64,000 bases of DNA from a virus, in IMG/VR virus record IMGVR_UViG_3300027505_000001, positions 5,381 to 69,380 of that record; one strand, written 5' to 3'. A model generated the notes under the pieces. The model was not told where the DNA came from. It saw nothing but the letters and a program-made list of their open reading frames with translations, and made no database searches. Both the position numbers and the translations under genes were made by a program. Shown one piece after another: positions 17,174 to 24,429 of the stretch (positions within the stretch are counted from its first letter, which is position 1; each line of letters starts with the position of its first letter).

Positions 17174-17497
17174 TCACTCATCACACAACATCCTTTCGAT
17201 TTTGCCGGTCAAGTCTGACTGGTCAGCATCGACTAAGAGATATACAGCGTCGCGCATCACCAAAAGCTCACGTTTGGTGAATTGTTCGGCCAACACCGCT
17301 CTAGTCGCAGGTGGTACTATTGCCGAATACCAACACCACGCATCACCCCTAGATACATACACGCCGTCAGGTGCCAACGGCGCCGACGACGGCGGCGGAT
17401 ACGCATATTGACAATCGAAAGGGCCTCCTACACACAAATCCATTGCTTTTGCCATCTTATGCTCCAATTGCTCGCCACGCGACTGCAATCGCGACAC
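17174..17497 (-). CDS. Hypothetical protein
   Basis: 107 aa, CVGGPFDCQY motif. Confidence 0.6.
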   Translation of the reverse strand: MSRLQSRGEQLEHKMAKAMDLCVGGPFDCQYAYPPPSSAPLAPDGVYVSRGDAWCWYSAIVPPATRAVLAEQFTKRELLVMRDAVYLLVDADQSDLTGKIERMLCDE

Positions 17498-17569
17498 CGA
17501 CTGTCTTAACTACGCGCCACGCGAATCTATCAGGCTTTCGCGCGTAGCTACCATTATAATAGTAGATTG

Positions 17570-18226
17570 TCATCTACCTCTCCCACTGTATCCAAACATT
17601 TCAGACAGCTTGTCTAGCGACTCACGAAATCGCTTAAGAAAATACGCCGCGCCGACCTTCGTATTGTCACCTAATTGCTCTATTGAGATACCGTCCGACA
17701 GAACCGCGCGCACCACGTTGAAATTGCGCGCACCGAGCAGCGCCTTCGCATCGACAAGCTTGCGTCCGTTCTTAATCTGTCGGTCGCTAATAGGGTCAAT
17801 GAACTGCCCGCGGCCGTCTACAGGCTCCTTAGTCGTGTCCATGGCCTTGACACCACCAGCACCATTTTCCTCGAAAAGCCTCTGCACGTGCCGCCCAACA
17901 GCGAAGTGGTGGGGAGAAATATGATTGCGTGCTGAAAGTCTACCAAGCTCGTCATCGCGTACCGACGCGGTAACAACGATTTCACGGCCGGCATTCAACG
18001 GGTCGGCGACCCGACGTGGCGCCGTAAGCGCATTGAACGGCATCGCATTATCAGCGACACGCCTGTCAATCTGTGGTGAAATCTGAATTGCCATCATGGT
18101 CACCTTATGCCACATGGCATAATCGAAGTCAAGTCTTTTCTTGCGCGATGCCAGACAAGGCAAGCTTGCACTTCGCTGTGTCCACAGCCATAAGCGCGCA
18201 CAATGCTGTGTCAATAAGCCTACCAA
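17570..18226 (-). CDS. Putative transcriptional regulator (DUF6456-like, C-terminal HTH)
   Basis: DDELGRLSARNHISPHHFAVGR...VVRAVLSDGISIEQLG...FRESLDKLSEMFG resembles alphaproteobacterial phage late-regulator-like proteins; true start probably downstream of 18226. Confidence 0.6.
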   Translation of the reverse strand: MVGLLTQHCARLWLWTQRSASLPCLASRKKRLDFDYAMWHKVTMMAIQISPQIDRRVADNAMPFNALTAPRRVADPLNAGREIVVTASVRDDELGRLSARNHISPHHFAVGRHVQRLFEENGAGGVKAMDTTKEPVDGRGQFIDPISDRQIKNGRKLVDAKALLGARNFNVVRAVLSDGISIEQLGDNTKVGAAYFLKRFRESLDKLSEMFGYSGRGR

Positions 18227-18320
18227 TCACAACAGCCTCGTTTTGTGACCCGCACCTAGGACACTCAGGACCAGTGTCCAAATCCTCATTGCAGTCCTGA
18301 GCGTAACAGCGGCGTGTCAT
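18129..18320 (-). CDS. Small zinc-finger protein
   Basis: CYAQDC...CPRC. Confidence 0.55.
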   Translation of the reverse strand: MTRRCYAQDCNEDLDTGPECPRCGSQNEAVVIGRLIDTALCALMAVDTAKCKLALSGIAQEKT

Positions 18321-18333
18321 GATTTATCCTCGA

Positions 18334-18603
18334 TCAATGCTGTAAAAGCAAAGCTTGCAAAAGCTCATGAACCTCCGCTTTAACCTTACATAGCGCAATC
18401 TTCTGCGCTTCACTAGCCGAAGTAGCATCAGACAACAAATACGTGTCATACCACGGAGCACAGTGCATTACCCACTGTCCTTTGTAATCACGGTGCCAAT
18501 TCGTCAAGACGATACTTAAATAGTCAGTAACCTGAAGCTGCCAACTTAAAGGCACGCGGCTGCCGCTCTTCGTATAGCTAGTTACGTCTTTCCAGGTCGC
18601 CAT
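18334..18603 (-). CDS. Hypothetical protein
   Basis: MATWKDV..., AAGGAA RBS, downstream of the 18628-18656 promoter. Confidence 0.6.
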   Translation of the reverse strand: MATWKDVTSYTKSGSRVPLSWQLQVTDYLSIVLTNWHRDYKGQWVMHCAPWYDTYLLSDATSASEAQKIALCKVKAEVHELLQALLLQH

Positions 18604-18627
18604 GTCATTCGTTCCTTCTATACCGTC

Positions 18628-18656
18628 TATATGCCACCTATCATGTCGGCTGTCAA
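18628..18656 (-). promoter_or_regulatory. Promoter TTGACA-N17-CATATA with operator ATGATAGGTGGCAT
   Basis: Exact spacing. Confidence 0.75.
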
Positions 18657-18761
18657 GCGTCATATTGTCACAGCCACTGCGATAGCGACACGCACCAATA
18701 CGCCATGTCCGAAGCGTCTAAGCCGCCCAAGAAGAGCATTAGTTGGTGCGCCGTGTTCATG

Positions 18762-19004
18762 TCAATAGGCCGTGGTTATAGCCCAAAGTGGGGAATAGGC
18801 CGTGGTGATACCACTAAGCGGTGCTACCCACACATCGACGCTTACCGCATCGACAGGTAACAGTTGCGTTGTTACCTTCTGCAAGGCGTGGCGCAAGTCC
18901 TCGGCGAACACCACCCGTGGTGACGGTTCAATATCGCATCCACCTTCGTCCCTAAGGACGTACAAGAACCTCGATTCGCTCATGTCCGTGTCTCCCGTTT
19001 CCAT
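18762..19004 (-). CDS. Hypothetical protein
   Basis: First gene of the leftward arm; alternative start ATG 18983 with GGAG RBS. Confidence 0.55.
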   Translation of the reverse strand: METGDTDMSESRFLYVLRDEGGCDIEPSPRVVFAEDLRHALQKVTTQLLPVDAVSVDVWVAPLSGITTAYSPLWAITTAY

Positions 19005-19010
19005 GACCAC

Positions 19011-19039
19011 AACATGCCAGGTGGCACGACAGAAGGCAA
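19011..19039 (-). promoter_or_regulatory. Promoter TTGCCT-N17-CATGTT with operator variant
   Basis: GTGCCACCTGGCAT overlaps the -10 box; exact spacing. Confidence 0.6.
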
Positions 19040-19900
19040 ATCACAAGAACGTGATGTCCCTTATTTAAGCAAGGCACTTTTGGCTTAATTAGTGAACAAG
19101 CTAATGTAAGCGAACTTAAATAACGTACCCTTGCTCGCTCCCAATTTGCGAAACGCGCCTGGGAAGGCCGCTGGTGCGTTTGTTTGCACTTAGACTTATC
19201 GGTGTAGCAGCCGCCCATCCTAACAAGTGGGTGGTGCCTCTACCGAAGAGTACGAAGCCTTTCACCACTCTACTCGCGTCCAGGTTCCGTAATAGACTAG
19301 ACTAGCACACTTTTCAGTTGAGTGGCACTGCAAAATACGTTACGACTTCCGGGTTGTGTGGTATCTAATGGCAAATTAGGACTATTTTATAGGCAAAATT
19401 AATCTTATTGTTCAATGAAAACAACGTCCTTACAAGGATACTGTTATGCAAAATTATACGCCTTGCATAACAGAAGAAAGAAGAGAAAGAGCCTACAGCC
19501 TGTAGCTTATCTATCTTCTCTTCTATTCTATTATTATATATTACAATAAGTGTCGCATATTCCAATACCTTGGACTTTCAACGCGTGGTTGTGTGTCTTT
19601 AAGGCAACATTCGTGGCGTCTATGGGTGGCGAGCGACTGTGTGTGTGAGAAGCCTAAGGCATAAGAGTATAATCGAAAATCCTACGAAAAAACAGCGGAG
19701 CTTCGACAATTAATTCAATAGCTTAGTAGAATTCTACTTTTATGCTTCTATTAAACTGGCCGTATAAGAGTGTATAACAGTAACTAAACACCACACCTAT
19801 GTATTTGATATCGTTACATTTCTTTCACTGTATACCTTCCTATCGCCTACTTACTCCTACCTATTTAAAAAGCTACCATAATCGTACCATTACAGAAGGC
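19040..19900. other. AT-rich non-coding region between divergent arms
   Basis: About 860 bp with no credible ORF, low-complexity purine/pyrimidine tracts and several inverted repeats. Confidence 0.6.
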
Positions 19901-19929
19901 TTGACATCAATCATGACACGTGGCATATA
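19901..19929 (+). promoter_or_regulatory. Promoter TTGACA-N17-CATATA with operator ATGACACGTGGCAT
   Basis: Exact spacing; AAGGAG RBS then GTG at 19956. Confidence 0.8.
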
Positions 19930-19955
19930 CGTGAAACACACAAGGAGAGTGACAC

Positions 19956-21281
19956 GTGGAAACCGCACACACTGAAATCCCGGTAGACGCCGTCGTTTTT
20001 AGGCAGGACCTATATCCGCGCCTCAAGCACAATCCGGTACTGGTGCAGCGCTACGCGCAGGACTTATCGGTCCTGCCGCCTATCGAGCTTAATCAGGACC
20101 GTATCCTGATTGACGGCTGGAACCGCTGGACTGCTCACAAGAGCGAAAAAGCAGAGACCATCAAAGTCATCACGACACATACCGAAAGCGACGCTCAGCT
20201 TCTTGATTTGGCGGTGGAACGCAATGCGTCGCACGGAGAGCAACTAGACCGTTCGGATAAAAAGGCATTGTCCTTAAGGATGTATGCGGCAACACCATCC
20301 GATCTACGTAAAGGCAAAAAAGAACATCTCTGTAAGCTGTTCTCGGTAAGCGCCAGCACTATGGCAGATTGGTGTTCCGATCTTGATACAGTAGAGCGCG
20401 AAGCGCGCCTTAAGCGCATCTACGACGCATGGCTCGCATGCGACACGCAGGAAGTCATCGCTGAGCGCGAAGGTATTGGTCGCAAGACGGTAGATGACTA
20501 CGTACAAGGGTTTGGCGGTTTTTCCGGCTCTGGAATTTTCGCCAAGAATGCCGCGGCACTGGCAGTGTTCCAGGACGGCGTGGATGACGAAGGCGACGAG
20601 CGGTGGCCGGTGCCTATATACAATGTGTGGAGTACCAGCAAGAAGACAAACAAAGTGTCACACTTCGGTAACACTGAAAAACGTTGGCTTGAAAATCTGC
20701 TCTATTCCTACACTGATCCATTTGACATCGTGGTAGATCCATTTGCCGGTGGCGGTTCCACGATTGACGTGTGCAAGAAGAGATTCCGGCGCTATCTGGT
20801 AAGCGATAGAGCGCCAATAATGGCGCGCGCTTCCGAAATAAGGAAACACGACTTGTTGGATGGGCCGCTGAAACCTTCACAATGGAAGGACGTTAAGTTG
20901 GTTTTTCTAGACCCTCCATACTGGTGGCAGGCCAAGGGTAAGTACAGTGAAGACCCGACCGACCTAGCAAACATGTCTCTCAAAGACTTCAACGCGGCGC
21001 TTTCCGGCATCATCAATGGATACGCTGACAAGTTATCGTGCGGAGCGCACATCGCACTAATCATTCAGCCGACGCAATGGGTGGCTCCAGAACGCCAGTT
21101 CACGGACCACGTTGGCGACATGCTTAAGCTAGCCAACAAGGACATGCTCATTGTAGACATGCGCTTCTCGGCGCCGTATTCGACCGAACAGTATAACGCG
21201 CAACAGGTTAACTGGGCCAAAGAAAACAAGCGCTGCCTCGTTCTCACACGTGAAATCATCGTGTGGAAGGTGGTGAAGTGA
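19956..21281 (+). CDS. ParB-like N-terminal domain fused to an amino-DNA methyltransferase
   Basis: PPIELNQDRILIDGWNRWTAH (ParB/Srx-like); VVDPFAGGGST (SAM motif I) and FLDPPYW (motif IV). Confidence 0.85.
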   Translation: METAHTEIPVDAVVFRQDLYPRLKHNPVLVQRYAQDLSVLPPIELNQDRILIDGWNRWTAHKSEKAETIKVITTHTESDAQLLDLAVERNASHGEQLDRSDKKALSLRMYAATPSDLRKGKKEHLCKLFSVSASTMADWCSDLDTVEREARLKRIYDAWLACDTQEVIAEREGIGRKTVDDYVQGFGGFSGSGIFAKNAAALAVFQDGVDDEGDERWPVPIYNVWSTSKKTNKVSHFGNTEKRWLENLLYSYTDPFDIVVDPFAGGGSTIDVCKKRFRRYLVSDRAPIMARASEIRKHDLLDGPLKPSQWKDVKLVFLDPPYWWQAKGKYSEDPTDLANMSLKDFNAALSGIINGYADKLSCGAHIALIIQPTQWVAPERQFTDHVGDMLKLANKDMLIVDMRFSAPYSTEQYNAQQVNWAKENKRCLVLTREIIVWKVVK

Positions 21282-21676
21282 CACGACAAATGAATGACGA
21301 ATCGCGATCCACGCCGCTAGGATTGTGGTTCCGTCGTGAGTGCAAATCGTCGAAAGACGGTTTGTGCATCTCGAATCTTGACTATATACTACAAGATTAC
21401 AAGCATCAGAAGCTGCAACTTATGGAGGAAAAGCAGTATACTGGTAAGCTTGAATACGGACAAAAGCAATTGTTCGCGCACCTGGACCGCACGATAAAGG
21501 CCGCGGTGCGCAAACCTATAGCAAACCAAATGTGGGAATACTGGGGATTCTATGTGATCAGCATGCCGAGCGGTGAGCCTGGTGACGACACGACGCTAAA
21601 CGGCAAATTGATCACAGAGAACCAACTTAGAATGCACTGCAACTTTGAAAAAAAGTTTTGCAGTCCGATGTTCTAG
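21278..21676 (+). CDS. Hypothetical protein
   Basis: GTGA overlap with the MTase; NLDYILQDY...LQLMEEK may be a degenerate PD-(D/E)XK core. Confidence 0.6.
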   Translation: MTRQMNDESRSTPLGLWFRRECKSSKDGLCISNLDYILQDYKHQKLQLMEEKQYTGKLEYGQKQLFAHLDRTIKAAVRKPIANQMWEYWGFYVISMPSGEPGDDTTLNGKLITENQLRMHCNFEKKFCSPMF

Positions 21677-22154
21677 CATGCCGCCTCCTCCCCAACCACC
21701 CCATGCCGGCTAATCCGGCTATGAACAGCGGCAGCGCAGCCGGTAGCGGTGTTGCGGTAAGAGCAGGAGATACACTCCACCCGCCACCAGTCGGATTAGC
21801 CCAGGCAGAGATTCCACTTTCTACGCTATCGCCCGCCGCTAGTGATGAGAAGAAGACAATATTTACGTCTAGGAACCCGAAAAAGTTCCAGTTTGTCACA
21901 AGCCCGTTAGCAAAAGTTGCGGTGCCGAAGAAAGACTCAGCGGGGGTTTCCGGCATTAGAACGGTCGTAAGGTCCTGCGGCCCATTCAGTAAATTGGCAT
22001 TGCCAGCGTAGCCAAACGTGAAATCTAGACCGAAAGGTCCAAAGGTGTCTGAGTTGGCCGGCTGAAGTAATGACTCGTAGGTGTAGGTGTAAAATGGTGT
22101 GGCATTTGCTGCGGTGCAGAACGCGACGATAGCGGCGACGATAGCGGATTTCAT
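21627..22154 (-). CDS. VPLPA-CTERM/PEP-CTERM-type exosortase-target surface protein
   Basis: Signal peptide MKSAIVAAIVAFCTAANA; C-terminal TPLPAALPLFIAGLAGMGWLGRRR (motif, TM helix, Arg cluster); GGAG RBS. Confidence 0.85.
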   Translation of the reverse strand: MKSAIVAAIVAFCTAANATPFYTYTYESLLQPANSDTFGPFGLDFTFGYAGNANLLNGPQDLTTVLMPETPAESFFGTATFANGLVTNWNFFGFLDVNIVFFSSLAAGDSVESGISAWANPTGGGWSVSPALTATPLPAALPLFIAGLAGMGWLGRRRHARTSDCKTFFQSCSAF

Positions 22155-22228
22155 GACGGACTCCTATGTTGAAAAGGCATGGTAGCACGGGTTGAGAAGG
22201 TGCGCAACGCCGATCACGAATTCGTGAT

Positions 22229-22257
22229 TTGCCAGGTGGCATGACAGGTGGCATATT
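22229..22257 (+). promoter_or_regulatory. Promoter TTGCCA-N17-CATATT with two overlapping operators
   Basis: TTGCCAGGTGGCATGACAGGTGGCATATT. Confidence 0.75.
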
Positions 22258-22263
22258 CAAATC

Positions 22264-22470
22264 ATGGAAACGCGGAGAGAGAACATGACTGACATACGCC
22301 ACGTAGGAATCAGAACACACATTGTATACCCACCTATCCCAATACGAAACTTCGATTGGGCGGCGTACTTCGAAGACGACGAGCCGACCGACAACGGATA
22401 CATGCACCAAGGATTCGGTTCAACAGAGCAGGAAGCAATCGACGACCTTCTAGAGAGCTATGAGTCATGA
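22264..22470 (+). CDS. Hypothetical protein
   Basis: 68 aa; alternative start ATG 22285 with GGAG RBS. Confidence 0.6.
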   Translation: METRRENMTDIRHVGIRTHIVYPPIPIRNFDWAAYFEDDEPTDNGYMHQGFGSTEQEAIDDLLESYES

Positions 22471-22697
22471 CCGACAAGAAATATAAGGAGTGGCGGAGCC
22501 ACGTGATTTCATCCCTCCAGATAATGGACGTAGATAGTCGTCTTAGCGGCGCGGAAGGAAAGCTTTGCAAAAGGATGTACCGCGTCGATAATGATATCAT
22601 CTCCTCGGCGCACTCAATGGCTAACACCATCGTAACGAATAGGACGTTAAAGCTACATGAATTACTATCAAAGGTGTACGGATATGACAGCCTTTGA
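22467..22697 (+). CDS. Hypothetical protein
   Basis: 76 aa, ATGA overlap. Confidence 0.55.
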   Translation: MTDKKYKEWRSHVISSLQIMDVDSRLSGAEGKLCKRMYRVDNDIISSAHSMANTIVTNRTLKLHELLSKVYGYDSL

Positions 22698-22974
22698 TGA
22701 GACCTGTGCCAATATAGCGAAGCTCAGGCATCCACTGCACCCGGCCGAAACTGTGCGGCGCGTGCGTATTCGTGGAATAGCACCGTACATCATGAACCTC
22801 GACGCTATCGTTGATGCGCGTAACGCGGAGCTAGCTAAACGTGTCAGTGCTAAGCGAAACTGGGGAGCATACACTGGCGGCAACGCCACGCTAATGCTTT
22901 TGAACGAGCAACGTCTACAGGCGCGGTGGCAGCGCCGATATGGCATGAGACACATGCAGGAAGCAGCGGAGTAA
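22684..22974 (+). CDS. Hypothetical protein
   Basis: MTAFDE..., overlap-coupled. Confidence 0.5.
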   Translation: MTAFDETCANIAKLRHPLHPAETVRRVRIRGIAPYIMNLDAIVDARNAELAKRVSAKRNWGAYTGGNATLMLLNEQRLQARWQRRYGMRHMQEAAE

Positions 22975-22979
22975 CGGAT

Positions 22980-23243
22980 ATGGACGAGCACGAAATACAC
23001 AACGCGCGAAAATGGTACTCTAAGCACCGTGAGCACGTGGACCGCCTTTTGAATACGTTCGACCAGACGGCATACCCGCCAAGTGGTGCCGATTGCATCA
23101 GGCCAGAATTATGGAAGACAGCGCATTGGCGATGGCTAAGCCATGTTGTAGAAGCAAGGAGAGAGCGCGGCACAGAAAAATTGGCGCGACTTCGCGCTTT
23201 AGGTAAGCGCTTTTTGCACATGCTGTGGCCATGGATGGATTGA
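22980..23243 (+). CDS. Hypothetical protein
   Basis: MDEHEIHNA..., GGAG RBS. Confidence 0.5.
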   Translation: MDEHEIHNARKWYSKHREHVDRLLNTFDQTAYPPSGADCIRPELWKTAHWRWLSHVVEARRERGTEKLARLRALGKRFLHMLWPWMD

Positions 23244-23244
23244 T

Positions 23245-23273
23245 TTGCTATAAATTATGACACGTGGCATGCT
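23245..23273 (+). promoter_or_regulatory. Promoter TTGCTA-N17-CATGCT with operator ATGACACGTGGCAT
   Basis: Exact spacing; GAGGAG RBS then ATG 23294. Confidence 0.7.
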
Positions 23274-23293
23274 TTAGAACGAGGAGACTAAAA

Positions 23294-24004
23294 ATGTCAG
23301 ACACCAAAATCTACAGCGTCAAGTCGAATGCCTCACGAGCGGCCGTAAAGGCAGGCCTGACGCGCCAGGATATCCTGCCTGTTACCGACGGCTGGATTGT
23401 GCACCAAGCAACGCTCGCCGACCCTATAGGCGACGTGGATGCGTCTGTCGGGCTGTCAATCGTTAGCGCGGCGGAGTTGGCCGCATCAGTCGTGTATGAC
23501 GAAAGCGAATACGCTGACGACGCGTACGTGAATTCGCTTACGGCGGTGGATGACGTGTCCGAACCGTGCGTACAGTATTCGGACGGACTAATTATAGGAG
23601 AATATCTATATACTGGATTAACTCCTATTAAATCTGAAGACTGGCCTGACACGAAGGAAATCGTAGTAACTGTTAACTTCGCTTCTGCAAAAGAACACGC
23701 CGAGTCGCTCAACTTTTCTGTGAACGCAGACGCGGCAATTGAAAAGCCGTCACGAAAGTACAAAGGTAGTCCAGCCTTTAAAGGTAGGCGCTGCGCGCAG
23801 CCTGGGTCGCAAGGCCGTACGCGCGACTTAGTCGAGCGCATGAAGGCTGGATGGGTGGTAATGGAAGAAATCATGCGCGAGTTTGACTGGCGCCGGTCGG
23901 AGACATTCCGCGGTGCTCTAGGATACGCGCGCAAGAACTTCGGCGTTAAAACTGAATGTGAGCGGCGCGGCGGAAAGACATGCTACCGGATAGTGGAGGC
24001 TTGA
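23294..24004 (+). CDS. DUF3489-like winged-helix protein
   Basis: C-terminal LVERMKAGWVVMEEIMREFDWRRSETFRGAL...ERRGGKTCYRI resembles DUF3489. Confidence 0.6.
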   Translation: MSDTKIYSVKSNASRAAVKAGLTRQDILPVTDGWIVHQATLADPIGDVDASVGLSIVSAAELAASVVYDESEYADDAYVNSLTAVDDVSEPCVQYSDGLIIGEYLYTGLTPIKSEDWPDTKEIVVTVNFASAKEHAESLNFSVNADAAIEKPSRKYKGSPAFKGRRCAQPGSQGRTRDLVERMKAGWVVMEEIMREFDWRRSETFRGALGYARKNFGVKTECERRGGKTCYRIVEA

Positions 24005-24006
24005 AC

Positions 24007-24237
24007 ATGGACACGCGCGAAAGTATGATACAAGAGATACTAGACTTGCTGGTATCTGCCAACGATCACCGTATCGGTAGCTATATGTTGGATAGCGACG
24101 ATAAATATATCACAAATATCGACGGCACAAGAAAGATTCTGCACAGAGAAGAGCTAGAAGATGAACTGCGACCATATGCAGTTGATCTTGTAGACCGCTG
24201 TATAGGTCTTAGATACGCATGTGATTGTGAGGCTTGA
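24007..24237 (+). CDS. Hypothetical protein
   Basis: MDTRESMIQE..., GGAGG RBS. Confidence 0.55.
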   Translation: MDTRESMIQEILDLLVSANDHRIGSYMLDSDDKYITNIDGTRKILHREELEDELRPYAVDLVDRCIGLRYACDCEA

Positions 24238-24238
24238 A

Positions 24239-24400
24239 ATGTGCAACACACTAATGATTGAGATTTACTACAACGGTGAGTGGTATTGGCTCGTTCGTCT
24301 TAATGACGAAACCATAGCCAACGGAGTCGAAACAGACGCGCCGCACGCCTATTACAGGGCTGCTAAGGTGTGTATGGAGCGTGGTATACCTCTAAATTGA
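24239..24400 (+). CDS. Small hypothetical protein (53 aa)
   Basis: MCNTLMIEIYYNGEWYWLVRLNDETIANGVETDAPHAYYRAAKVCMERGIPLN*; not in the track. Confidence 0.45.
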   Translation: MCNTLMIEIYYNGEWYWLVRLNDETIANGVETDAPHAYYRAAKVCMERGIPLN

Positions 24401-24429
24401 AATATGCCACCTAGCATAATGCTAGGCAG
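24401..24429 (-). promoter_or_regulatory. Promoter-like CTGCCT-N17-CATATT with operator ATGCTAGGTGGCAT, antisense to the 22.3-24.4 kb genes
   Basis: Same architecture as the other sites; weaker -35 box. Confidence 0.5.

Noticed and set aside
18764-18806. 13-bp direct repeat AATAGGCCGTGGT (period 30)
   Set aside because: A small in-frame duplication at the end of a hypothetical gene (ITTAY twice); no wider pattern.
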